Source: a virus (Duplodnaviria > Caudoviricetes). From it: a stretch of 56,985 nucleotides of DNA. The stretch covers positions 1 to 56,985 of IMG/VR virus record IMGVR_UViG_3300033153_003349. One strand, given 5' to 3'. Shown one piece after another: positions 17,933 to 27,328 of this stretch. The position numbers and the translations under genes are program-made. The notes beneath the pieces are model-generated. The model was not told the origin of the DNA and ran no database searches. It saw nothing but the letters and a program-made list of their open reading frames with translations. Each line of letters starts with the position of its first letter. Position 1 is the first letter of the stretch.

Positions 17933-18313
17933 TTAAAGTCCCTCCAGCGGTTTACCTTCCATGGCTATTGTGGTTTTAATTAGTATAATTTTCTTACTGT
18001 TAAAGTTGTCAGTAGGCGGGTCACTCGTACTTCTCATCACTAAGTAATGTATTGTCGCCTTGTCCTGACTCGTAGCAAACGGATAATCTTCATATTTGTC
18101 CGCTTTCGCTATGCTTTGCTCAATCGACATTACATCTAATTGAACAGCTGGACTCTGCTCCAGAACCATTTCTAAAGTTATGCTCTGTTCTTGGTCCGTG
18201 ATTACTGCACCCAATGTGGGCTCACCTCCTATCTCATTCCCTGTTCGGTAGCTTCCTGCAAAGACTACCAAAAAGGAAAATAAAATAAAGGCGAATAACA
18301 TTAATTTTTTCAT
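17933..18313 (-). CDS. Exported protein with a signal peptide (126 aa), stand-alone transcription unit
   Basis: MKKLMLFAFILFSFLVVFA; AAGGAGG RBS; own promoter and downstream terminators. Confidence 0.7.
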   Translation of the reverse strand: MKKLMLFAFILFSFLVVFAGSYRTGNEIGGEPTLGAVITDQEQSITLEMVLEQSPAVQLDVMSIEQSIAKADKYEDYPFATSQDKATIHYLVMRSTSDPPTDNFNSKKIILIKTTIAMEGKPLEGL

Positions 18314-18377
18314 AGGCTATGCCTCCTTTGGTTAGTGGTTAATAACTGGTTACTTAATTCGGTAACTCGATAAAATA

Positions 18378-18406
18378 AAGTTAATAAATTATTAATTAAG
18401 ATGCAA
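18378..18406 (-). promoter_or_regulatory. Putative sigma70-type promoter TTGCAT-17-TAACTT overlapped by TTAATAAATTA (18381-18391)
   Basis: 17-nt spacer; same architecture as the other early promoters. Confidence 0.5.
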
Positions 18407-18441
18407 GTCTTTTTTTGCTTCATAGGAAAATAGTTTATACA

Positions 18442-18972
18442 TCAACTCCCTCTATACAAGCCTAATGCTCTGGCTACCTTCGTTTTTTCGTACTCCACTC
18501 TCCCCTTCTCCCTTACAGCCCGTTCTTTATTATACTTTGCGCCCTGGTTAGCTAGGCTGTCGGCTAACTCATTGTATCTGTTACCGCTATGTGCCTTAAC
18601 CCATTTGAACGTAACATCATGCTCCTGTGTAAGCTGATATATTTGTTTTATAAGGTCTAGGTTCTTGATACCTTTATTAATACCTACTCTCCAGTTATGT
18701 CTCTTCCATTCCCTAACCCATTTGCTCATAGAGTTTACTACATACTTACTATCAGAGACTATCGTGACCTGATACTTTTTGCCCTCATGTGAAATCGCCT
18801 GCAAAAACTTCAACACCGCTGTAAACTCCATTCTGTTATTGGTGGATGTTAAAGCTCCTCCGTATTGTATCAATTGTATAGCTCCTAATGAAACAAATCC
18901 CCAACCCCCATTCCCAGGATTAGGTACACAACTGCCATCAGTGTAAACTCTTATAGTTTTGGATTCTGCCAT
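18442..18972 (-). CDS. rnhA: Ribonuclease HI
   Basis: VYTDGSCVPNPGNGGWG, STNNRMEF, SDSKYV, KNLDL, FKWVKAHSGNRYNELADSLA. Confidence 0.95.
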   Translation of the reverse strand: MAESKTIRVYTDGSCVPNPGNGGWGFVSLGAIQLIQYGGALTSTNNRMEFTAVLKFLQAISHEGKKYQVTIVSDSKYVVNSMSKWVREWKRHNWRVGINKGIKNLDLIKQIYQLTQEHDVTFKWVKAHSGNRYNELADSLANQGAKYNKERAVREKGRVEYEKTKVARALGLYRGS

Positions 18973-19019
18973 AGACTCCTTACTCGCTTTGCTCGTTTAA
19001 TTACTTTTTTTAATTGCAT

Positions 19020-19297
19020 GAAAGATATGTGAGAAAGGTATCTTAACTCCCCCTATGATTAACATATGAAAGAGATAGATACCTGAAACAAAACTTATGA
19101 AATGACTGTTTCATTTTGGTGTAGCTATTAATATCTCGTTATGAGATACAACTTCTTCTGGTCGCTACTTTTAAATCTGACCTTGCCGTTATTGAAGAAC
19201 CCCGTTTTTACGGCATGACTCTATTGCTTATAAAACGACAGTACGTAAAATTCAGCAAATCTCTGAGCTTAGTACTGATACGGTTTGTCTCGTATCG
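19020..19297 (-). ncRNA. Candidate structured RNA/leader (or structured DNA element) upstream of rnhA
   Basis: ORF-free region tiled by consecutive stems, starting about 6 nt downstream of a TATAAT box; no known family recognised. Confidence 0.45.
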
Positions 19298-19302
19298 CAT
19301 AA

Positions 19303-19331
19303 ATTATACAAATAAAAAAGGACAAAAGCAA
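19303..19331 (-). promoter_or_regulatory. Sigma70-type promoter TTGCTT-17-TATAAT
   Basis: Perfect -10, 17-nt spacer; overlaps the late-operon terminator. Confidence 0.7.
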
Positions 19332-19353
19332 GCAAAATTTTGCCTCTGTCCTT
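19311..19353 (-). terminator. Intrinsic terminator ending the structural operon
   Basis: AAGGACAGAGG...CTTTTGTCCTT stem followed by TTTTATTT, about 30 nt after the last tail gene. Confidence 0.7.
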
Positions 19354-19385
19354 GACATATTGGGGGAGTAAGAAGTGGATTTATG

Positions 19386-20429
19386 TTACGATTCTATCTC
19401 AACTAAGACAGCAATATCATATGCAGAGATTTCATCTATACCTCCTGCATCTGAAATGAGTTCTATCTTAACACCTATTTTATTATTAGCAACAAATCCA
19501 AAAGGATTAGTTAAAGTGAATCCTCCTTTATCTACTCCTGCTCCTGAATCTAAATTAACTGTTAAGACCATAGTTTTGTCAGCCCCATTTAATAACATAG
19601 TTACTTTTAAATCACTGTTAGCAGGAGGTCCAACAGCAGAAGCACTAAATTGTACTGATACCCCAGTGACATTTCCTGCTCTAAACATTCTATACCCTAA
19701 AGTATTATCAGCCCCATCTACTGTCTGTGCTATCTCTGAGGCATCTCCTCCAGAATCAGCTGTAAGAGCAGCATTATGCCCAAAGTGTAAATGTGACCTT
19801 GCTCCTTTAGCATTTAACGTTTGGAGATTAACTATGTCCAAATCATCAGAAGGGTCTTTCACTCTTGCTCTTCCTGCACTATCCCTTTTCATTATAGCAA
19901 AGCCAGTATCAGCACTAGTAGCATTAATTACTTCAAGCCTTGTAGGATTAATCCACCCATACGTTGCTATATTATCACCAGAGATAGGAGCTTCAACATT
20001 TGCTCTCCCATTAGCATCTCTAATGAGTAATTTATTTGCTGAATTAGCAGAAGTAGCATCATCTAATTTAGTTTTATCAGATGTAGACATAAAACCAGGA
20101 TTGGTTATACTGGCTTCTCCATGAACTCCTGTTCCTACAGAACCTACGTGACCTACAGGAGCAAAAGCTGAAGGTAAATTACCTCCAACTGTTTTAGCAT
20201 CTAAATCCCATTGAGTAGATAATAATGCTTCCCACGTTCCTGGAGTAGATGTGTGTTTCTCAAACATTGCATTCCCAGCATTCCAACGTATAGTTCCTAC
20301 TGGAGGATAATTAGTATCTGTGAACAAAGTAAAATCCATTACAGCTAAAGCATCAACCCTTGCTTGGACTTCATCCCATACTGAATCATAATCTAAAACA
20401 CCGTCTGGTTTTAACCAATTATTAGCCAT
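19386..20429 (-). CDS. Tail fibre / receptor-binding-like protein (347 aa)
   Basis: Last tail gene; GFMSTSDKTKLD and repeated RDANGRA/RDSAGRA fibre motifs; beta-sandwich-like C-terminus. Confidence 0.65.
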   Translation of the reverse strand: MANNWLKPDGVLDYDSVWDEVQARVDALAVMDFTLFTDTNYPPVGTIRWNAGNAMFEKHTSTPGTWEALLSTQWDLDAKTVGGNLPSAFAPVGHVGSVGTGVHGEASITNPGFMSTSDKTKLDDATSANSANKLLIRDANGRANVEAPISGDNIATYGWINPTRLEVINATSADTGFAIMKRDSAGRARVKDPSDDLDIVNLQTLNAKGARSHLHFGHNAALTADSGGDASEIAQTVDGADNTLGYRMFRAGNVTGVSVQFSASAVGPPANSDLKVTMLLNGADKTMVLTVNLDSGAGVDKGGFTLTNPFGFVANNKIGVKIELISDAGGIDEISAYDIAVLVEIES

Positions 20430-20430
20430 A

Positions 20431-23400
20431 CTAAACTCCTTTTATAAAATAAGTAAAAGCCCCACCATCGTCTACTATCTCCCAAGTGGCTGGGGCTATA
20501 TCTAACATATGTACCATAAAGCCTGTCGGGTTTGGTATATCTTTATAATCAGCTAACATTGTCGCACCTGGATATTCAGTACCTTCAACTGTTAATGTAA
20601 TAATATCAATATCAAGAAAGTCTGCCATAGGAATCCATACACCAGCCCATACATAATCCTCATCAGTCGTTACAGTTAATGTAGTACTACCATCCACACT
20701 AGAATAAGTTTTAGCTGCTGAATGTTCATCAGTAAAGAAACGGTAATAACAAGTAAGATTGGATGGCAAGGTTCCTGTATATGGCTTATCATAGTTAGCT
20801 AAAATGTTTGCATCACTAACTCCTAATCCTGGCCATATTCTAAATTCAACAGTAATGAGGTCCATTAAGACATCAACATTAGCATTATCATCTTCCCTGT
20901 CCATCTTTTTGCCTAAGATTAAATCCCCTCCACCTCCAGGGTCACCAATAGATACATCTCCAATAATACCTCCTGGTTGTCCATTAACATAAAACAAACC
21001 ATCACCAGAACCACTGTCGGCTTTCCAAGCAATATGAACTAACTCTCCAACAGGCACTTCTTGACTTCCTTGCTCAGAAGAAAAGTTTGTTCCTCCACCA
21101 TCATTCCAATAAAATGTAGGATATAATTTTCCTCCAGAAATAATAACTCCTAAACCAAATACATAATCTTGTGCAAGAAGATACCACTTAGCACTAACAC
21201 CACCTGTTGGTATCTTTGGAATGATACCTATCCATTCAACTGTGTAATCTGTAGCATCAATAAGGTCAAAAGAAACATGAGGACCACCACTCCTGTCTGC
21301 AAAACAATTAGACGACTTAACCAATGACAAAGCACTAACAGGATTGGCAAAATCACTTTCGTCAAGTAGCTGATTCATATTATCAATATATCCTGAATCA
21401 AGTTTTTCTTGTACGAAAAGACGAGCTTTCCAATCTTGTACTTGAACAATTTGTTTGTCGTTAGCTAAATCAATAGTGAGCTTATATCGAACATATCTAA
21501 AATTTGATGTGAATATAGATTGTGTATTATCGTATGTAGTCCACACAGAATTATCAGGACTTGTTTCTATTTTTGGTGTTACTGTATATGTTCCTGTCCC
21601 AGTTATTAACATAGTATTAAATTCAAAAGATATAGTAGCTGCTTCAACAATTGCTTGATAATCTATTTGTTCCTGATAATATACTGCATCTGCTGTGACC
21701 TTAGAAGGTGTCAAGAAATGACTATATCCTGCTGTTGATTTAGCATCTGTATTAGCCCAATCGAATCCAGCAGGTTCAAATACTCCATCCCAACTTGTTT
21801 GTTCATACTGTAAACGAGACCCAAACAAAAGAATATTATCACCGTCTGCTACTGTTGTTTTCCTATACAGATTTGTCCACACTCCGACATAAGCAGAAGT
21901 TATTGTAATTCCTGTCCCACCTTTAAAGTCTGACTCATGTAAATCTAATAATTGAAAATTAGGTGGTTGATTTACTTCTACGATTACACTTTTTTCAGTT
22001 CCCTCATTACCTACTAAATCAACAGGAACAATCCAATATGTTTTTTCTCCTCCGTCTAACTCAAATATATTAGAAAATGTGGTAGAACTAAACCCTATCT
22101 CCGTGGCGGACACAAAAACATCACCACGTAATACTTTATAACCTAATGTTTCAATAGTTCCCGTACCATCCTCTGTCCATTGTAACAATACATTATTGTC
22201 AAGAACAGTAGCTTTCACTGTAAGAATCGAAGCCAGATTTATAGGAACATCTACAATAGACTCAATACCTTCTATCCCTGCATCATCTACAGCCCTAACC
22301 CACCAATATCTATCTTGAGCTTTTTCTATTCGTTTAGAGTACGCAGTAGTATTAACTGATGTCTTTAAGTTCAATGCACTAAATGTATCTGTATCGCTTG
22401 AAAAGATTTCGTAATAATTTACTTTAAAAGTGTTGTTTATAAGTGACCAAGTTAAAGTCATAGTAGCTTTATCTATTGTAGCTTTCAATCCACTTATACC
22501 AGAAAAGTTAATTTCTATCACAGTAGAAGCCATATTACTACTTTCAATATTGGAAGTATCTATAGCTTTAATCCCAAATGTATAATGTCCAGGAGGATTT
22601 AACAAACCTAAATCTGTTTCATTAGCTTTTCCTCTCCAAAGAAAATCTAAATTATCCCAACCTAAGCCAGGAGGATTCCCTGGGTCGTATGCAGGACTAA
22701 CTCTTATTTCATATTCATCTCTGTCTGCATCTAAAATATGAGTCCATCTTCCTTTAAGTTTATTGTCCTCCATAAATACAGAAAAATTCTCAACATCGCT
22801 TGGAGGATATTCTTTACCTATTACATATACAGTGGTTGCATCAGACCATGCAGAAGGTTTATTGTAAATAGATATACTTCTTACCTGGACTTCTACTCTA
22901 TCTTCAGGACTTACATCTGTTAATCTTATAAATGTATTATCAGGAGTTGTCTTAACATATTTATAGGTTAGCCCAGAAGAATATATTGATTTATATCTTA
23001 ACTCTACAGCACCGACTATAACGCCTGACCTATTTAAACTATATACTACCGTTACGCTTGCCTTGAAACTGCCGTCTATGTCTTTTATCAGAGTTGCAGA
23101 GTTACTATTAACAGCAATAAGCACAGGCACAGGAGGAACTAGGTTTGTCAAATCTAACGGACTAGTAGTTCCAGGGTCATACTCAGGTATAGGGTCAGTA
23201 TGCGAATCCAATATAGAAGGAGCTTCATCTACCAAAGTTAATGTAGCACTTAAGTTCTGATGATATTCTATTTGTGTTACTTTACAACGGACATCTACAG
23301 AACCATAGACACCAAAGATAAACAAATCACCTATATTAATTTTAGCTACATCAATAGTAGCAGTAAATTCAGTAATATTTATTCCTGGTGCTAATGTTAC

Positions 23401-25779
23401 TTCAGAGGATAACTGTTCATTCTCTTCTGTCCTTATTGTCACTCCGTATGTCTCTAATCCATCATTACCTAACTCTTCATCAGAAGTGATAGTAACTTGT
23501 CCTCCTCCTATATCATTAATAGCTTTTATTCTTCCAGGCTTCATACCTACAAGAATAGTATCATGAGAAAGAGTGACTAAATCTCCTCTGTTGCAAGTAA
23601 GGTTTTCAAAATCTAAATCTATTGTAAATACTTCAGGGCGTAAGAGCATAGAGGCTAAATGATATCTTCCTTCTCTGTAAGCCTGCTCATGTGATGTAAC
23701 TCCTTTAGTTTCAAGGTCGTTTATAATGACAGCTTTTTCTAAGCCATCTGAACCGTCTGCATTATATTCATCATTATAAGCAACAATATCATCCTCTTCC
23801 CATTTTAAAGGATTGATATATTTAACTCTTAAAGCATGAGGAACATCTCCAAAGTTTTTAACAGAACTAAAGTTGACAGAGTTTCTTTGAGTTAACATCT
23901 GTATAGGGGTTTGCCCTGCTAAATCTCTGACTATAGTAAACAAGCCCTCTACAATATTCCAACTAGCAAAACCAGTTGTAGCTACAGAGCGCATACGCTC
24001 AAACATTGTCTCCTGTTGTAACTCTACCCAGTTGTATTCTATTCCTTGCTCATCACACCATGCTCCCCAATCATATATAGCTTGTAAATCTAATCTATTA
24101 TCAGGTATAGGAAATTCATTCTGTATGCCTGTTAATACATCAAGAAATATCCATGCAGGATTAGCCGTTAACTTATAAGCGAATGTTGAAGGAGTATCTA
24201 AATATCGTAAATAACTTTTAGTGATTATATTGACATTATCTAAACTTCCTGATAATTGGTCAGTAGCCAATATCTTATAAGACATAAGTAAAACATTATC
24301 AAGAAGGAAAGGAGGATTCTGTTCAAAGGAACGTAAGAATATCCATTTAAAATCAGTATAAATTCTATACCAAGAAGGAATACTCTGTTCAGTCCAAGTA
24401 CCTATACGATAAATTAATACATCATATTGTTCTCCTGGAGTCTGAGAAGTATCTGCTATATTAAATTCTATGTGTTCTTGAAACGGGTCTTTAGTATTAT
24501 CCCAAAATGTTTTCTTGGTTACAAATTCCCAGGTTCCTTCTGAACTAACCAATGTTCCTATAGGAGCTATATACACATAAACTTCAACTCCCATGTAACT
24601 CGTTGGCCCTTCTTTCGATAATTGATTAAGCCCTGTATAGAAAGCAAACTCAACTCTTACATTAGGCACTCCGTACTGAGTAGACCTAACAGCCCATGAC
24701 TCTATAGGTACACCCGCATCTACTTGTGGCCACCATAAATCAGTAGGCACAGGGTCACCTGGGTCAAATAAAGCAACTGTTGAAAACATTGTTCTTCCAT
24801 CAAGTGTTACTGAATCTCTGTTCTCACTGTTACTTGCTGAATTACTAAACTCTTCTGAAAAGTTTTCTTGTTTGACAATATTCTTATAAAGGTCAATACT
24901 TTCCATAAATCCTATTTCTATTTCCCAGGAGTTATAAAGAGTAATAGCTGAGTTACCTATCTTTATTGTTTGGCTATCCCATTGAGAAGTAATATCAAGA
25001 ATAGTATCATCATTATATATCTTAACAACTGTAAGCACACCCTCTTCATCCGAAACCATCTTAATGGATTTTACATCTGTAGAACCACTAAGTCCCATAA
25101 TCCATTGACCGATCTCTAAAGAAGCATACCCAAGGCATAACAACCCTACAATGAATTGTCCGTAAGATTTATCTTCCATCCCCATAACCCATTTACCGTC
25201 TATAATCTCAACACTAGATAACCCAAAATCAGTATAAGACTGAGCAGCTAGGGGAGGAGCAAAGCGATATTCCCCATAAACTTTAGGAATTGGTTTGTAT
25301 GGTGTAGCTACATTTTTCTGTCCTGAAAATGTAGGTTTAGTAGATACATCATCAGTAGTAGGAATCTGAGGAGGAAACAAAACACTGACTAACATATTTC
25401 CTGCAATACCTACAACCGCAGTTATGACTCCCTGTGCAACAAGACTATTAGTCCAGAGTATTCCTGTTGCTCCTGCTAAAAAACCAGCGGTAGCTATGGC
25501 TCCTGCCAATACTACTAGCTGAGCAACCATAGACAAAACTTCTTTACCACTACCTCCATCACCCCCGCCTTCAGGAATACGATATATATTAATTAAATCA
25601 CCAGGTTTAACAGCGTAGTCCCAATCGAGAAGTTCAAAACTATTTAATGTTATCTTGTAAACATTCTGGTCAACTCCAGTTAAAAACTGACCCAGATTAG
25701 TTCCCTCAGTCAATACCGCACGAAAAACTTCAGAGGAAAATAAGTTTGGTTTTGCAATTACTTGAACATTATCCGACAT
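20431..25779 (-). CDS. Tail tip / host-specificity protein (lambda gpJ-like) with a fused gpI-like N-terminus, FN3 repeats and a C-terminal LamG-like domain
   Basis: GDLINIYRIPEGG plus hydrophobic segment, KNVATPYKPIPKVYG, TANPAWIFLDVLTG, PHALRVKYINP, RGDLVTLSHD, FN3-like W..Y repeats, YTVEW...HIAW...FYVNG. Confidence 0.85.
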   Translation of the reverse strand: MSDNVQVIAKPNLFSSEVFRAVLTEGTNLGQFLTGVDQNVYKITLNSFELLDWDYAVKPGDLINIYRIPEGGGDGGSGKEVLSMVAQLVVLAGAIATAGFLAGATGILWTNSLVAQGVITAVVGIAGNMLVSVLFPPQIPTTDDVSTKPTFSGQKNVATPYKPIPKVYGEYRFAPPLAAQSYTDFGLSSVEIIDGKWVMGMEDKSYGQFIVGLLCLGYASLEIGQWIMGLSGSTDVKSIKMVSDEEGVLTVVKIYNDDTILDITSQWDSQTIKIGNSAITLYNSWEIEIGFMESIDLYKNIVKQENFSEEFSNSASNSENRDSVTLDGRTMFSTVALFDPGDPVPTDLWWPQVDAGVPIESWAVRSTQYGVPNVRVEFAFYTGLNQLSKEGPTSYMGVEVYVYIAPIGTLVSSEGTWEFVTKKTFWDNTKDPFQEHIEFNIADTSQTPGEQYDVLIYRIGTWTEQSIPSWYRIYTDFKWIFLRSFEQNPPFLLDNVLLMSYKILATDQLSGSLDNVNIITKSYLRYLDTPSTFAYKLTANPAWIFLDVLTGIQNEFPIPDNRLDLQAIYDWGAWCDEQGIEYNWVELQQETMFERMRSVATTGFASWNIVEGLFTIVRDLAGQTPIQMLTQRNSVNFSSVKNFGDVPHALRVKYINPLKWEEDDIVAYNDEYNADGSDGLEKAVIINDLETKGVTSHEQAYREGRYHLASMLLRPEVFTIDLDFENLTCNRGDLVTLSHDTILVGMKPGRIKAINDIGGGQVTITSDEELGNDGLETYGVTIRTEENEQLSSEVTLAPGINITEFTATIDVAKINIGDLFIFGVYGSVDVRCKVTQIEYHQNLSATLTLVDEAPSILDSHTDPIPEYDPGTTSPLDLTNLVPPVPVLIAVNSNSATLIKDIDGSFKASVTVVYSLNRSGVIVGAVELRYKSIYSSGLTYKYVKTTPDNTFIRLTDVSPEDRVEVQVRSISIYNKPSAWSDATTVYVIGKEYPPSDVENFSVFMEDNKLKGRWTHILDADRDEYEIRVSPAYDPGNPPGLGWDNLDFLWRGKANETDLGLLNPPGHYTFGIKAIDTSNIESSNMASTVIEINFSGISGLKATIDKATMTLTWSLINNTFKVNYYEIFSSDTDTFSALNLKTSVNTTAYSKRIEKAQDRYWWVRAVDDAGIEGIESIVDVPINLASILTVKATVLDNNVLLQWTEDGTGTIETLGYKVLRGDVFVSATEIGFSSTTFSNIFELDGGEKTYWIVPVDLVGNEGTEKSVIVEVNQPPNFQLLDLHESDFKGGTGITITSAYVGVWTNLYRKTTVADGDNILLFGSRLQYEQTSWDGVFEPAGFDWANTDAKSTAGYSHFLTPSKVTADAVYYQEQIDYQAIVEAATISFEFNTMLITGTGTYTVTPKIETSPDNSVWTTYDNTQSIFTSNFRYVRYKLTIDLANDKQIVQVQDWKARLFVQEKLDSGYIDNMNQLLDESDFANPVSALSLVKSSNCFADRSGGPHVSFDLIDATDYTVEWIGIIPKIPTGGVSAKWYLLAQDYVFGLGVIISGGKLYPTFYWNDGGGTNFSSEQGSQEVPVGELVHIAWKADSGSGDGLFYVNGQPGGIIGDVSIGDPGGGGDLILGKKMDREDDNANVDVLMDLITVEFRIWPGLGVSDANILANYDKPYTGTLPSNLTCYYRFFTDEHSAAKTYSSVDGSTTLTVTTDEDYVWAGVWIPMADFLDIDIITLTVEGTEYPGATMLADYKDIPNPTGFMVHMLDIAPATWEIVDDGGAFTYFIKGV

Positions 25780-26158
25780 AACGATAGAATCCTTCAGTTC
25801 TCTTATTCCATTTTATTGATTTATATCGTTCCAAACATGAGTCTTTACCTTTCACTGTATGTATCATAAATTCCGAATCTATAATAAGCCCTACATGAGC
25901 AGCCATATTTCTTACTTGGAATACTATACAATCACCTAGTTTAGGTTGTGTAACTTTCTCCCAATACCTGTGCATATTAACATAGAATAACTTTTCAATA
26001 GTTAAGCTATCTTTATCATCACCATAATCTCCTACATAAGGATGAAGGATATGTAATTCTTTTGAAAGAATTAGTTTAACTAACCCCCAACAATCAGCTC
26101 CTTTTAAGGATTCCCCGTGGTGGACAAAAGGTATGCCAATATACTTTTCAATATTCAT
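25769..26158 (-). CDS. NlpC/P60 tail assembly protein (gpK-like)
   Basis: YIGIPF, GADCWGLV, HVGL, MIH. Confidence 0.88.
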   Translation of the reverse strand: MNIEKYIGIPFVHHGESLKGADCWGLVKLILSKELHILHPYVGDYGDDKDSLTIEKLFYVNMHRYWEKVTQPKLGDCIVFQVRNMAAHVGLIIDSEFMIHTVKGKDSCLERYKSIKWNKRTEGFYRYVG

Positions 26159-26817
26159 TACGGCAATTCTTTAGTATACTGTCCAAATGAGCCTAACGTA
26201 TCTATTTCATAATGAGCATCAAATTCTTTTACAAGTACAGCCGTTGCTAAAGGGTCAGCCCCTGCAAACTCACCGCTTGTATTTCCTGTATCTCTGTACA
26301 GTTTAAAATCAAGCATTCCACTAACCCCTGTAAATACCGATAAATCAATTTCAGGGAAAGTAGCTATTTGATTCAAACTACCTGATACATAAGGAAAGAC
26401 ATTTGCAGTAATAGGTGATAACACCCAAGCTGTGGCAGTGGCACTCCCTTGAGGTTGTATTCTATACCCAATTAAAAAATTGGGTAAATTGTCCGCAGTT
26501 TGTTCGTAATGTAAATGAGGATGAAGAGGGCTACCTACCCTAGTAGCATGAGCTAATTGAGCAATATGATGGGCAGCATTAATATTATCATAATCTGCAT
26601 CGGAAGCAAACGTATAACCTAAATCATCATAGTCATAAGCTACCTTTGTTTGTGCTGGGTTTAAAGCTTCAGCATTAGCAGGGAATTTTAAATCTTCAAA
26701 AACAGTAGCCTCTCCTCTGAGGATAAATTCTCCATTTTCGTTAAGTTCTATGTACCTTTTCACAGTTCTAAGTACACGACCTATCTTAATCGTTTTTTCA
26801 TGAATTTTTTCTAACAT
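26158..26817 (-). CDS. Putative virion/receptor-binding protein (219 aa)
   Basis: Inserted in the tail-tip cluster; VFEDLKFPA, HPHLHY, beta-rich. Confidence 0.55.
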   Translation of the reverse strand: MLEKIHEKTIKIGRVLRTVKRYIELNENGEFILRGEATVFEDLKFPANAEALNPAQTKVAYDYDDLGYTFASDADYDNINAAHHIAQLAHATRVGSPLHPHLHYEQTADNLPNFLIGYRIQPQGSATATAWVLSPITANVFPYVSGSLNQIATFPEIDLSVFTGVSGMLDFKLYRDTGNTSGEFAGADPLATAVLVKEFDAHYEIDTLGSFGQYTKELP

Positions 26818-26830
26818 CTTTTCTCCTTTT

Positions 26831-27328
26831 TTATGATATTAATCCTGGTGCTGTTTGTCTATCGAATACATCTTTAGTTGCTTTTTGAGTTAGGTAGTTA
26901 TCTTCATAACCTAACTGTGCTGTCATAGTCAATCTATCGTATGTTACACTTTTTATTTTAAACCCACCTATAGTTATTTCTGATGCTACAATATAATCTA
27001 ATGTGTCAGGGTCAATAGATTTCCTAACAATCTCCAAAGTAACATCAGGAGATTTAGATAAATTTCGGATTATATTTGTTATCTGTTGGTCAACAACATC
27101 TATAGACAATTTAGTCATGGGTGATGTTTCTTCTTCTTCCCCTGGTAACTCAACTTTAAAAGGATAACCTAAATAAGTATCACCGTTGTAATCTAAATCA
27201 GTATTATCATTAACAAAGAACAAAGGATTATCAAAAGAATCGTCATCAATAGTAAGCAATGACAAAAAAATTTCTCCTGTCTCTTGTGATAATAATGCTT
27301 TTAATCCGTCAGCGGATAATACCCTCAT
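26831..27328 (-). CDS. Minor tail protein (DUF1833/gpL-like)
   Basis: SQETGEIFLSLLTI, YLGYPFKVELP, terminal TAPGL; canonical position. Confidence 0.78.
   Translation of the reverse strand: MRVLSADGLKALLSQETGEIFLSLLTIDDDSFDNPLFFVNDNTDLDYNGDTYLGYPFKVELPGEEEETSPMTKLSIDVVDQQITNIIRNLSKSPDVTLEIVRKSIDPDTLDYIVASEITIGGFKIKSVTYDRLTMTAQLGYEDNYLTQKATKDVFDRQTAPGLIS

Noticed and set aside
19352-19385. Plus-strand TTGACA as a promoter
   Set aside because: No -10 element at 16-18 nt spacing and no credible plus-strand gene downstream.
18973-19385. tRNA, tmRNA, RNase P RNA or group I intron in the structured gap
   Set aside because: No cloverleaf/T-loop, CCA end or recognisable catalytic core motifs; left as an unassigned structured element.
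19375-20124. 249-aa plus-strand ORF, and the many shorter plus-strand ORFs in the track
   Set aside because: Antisense shadows of well-supported minus-strand genes; no RBS, no motifs, S/P/L-rich composition.
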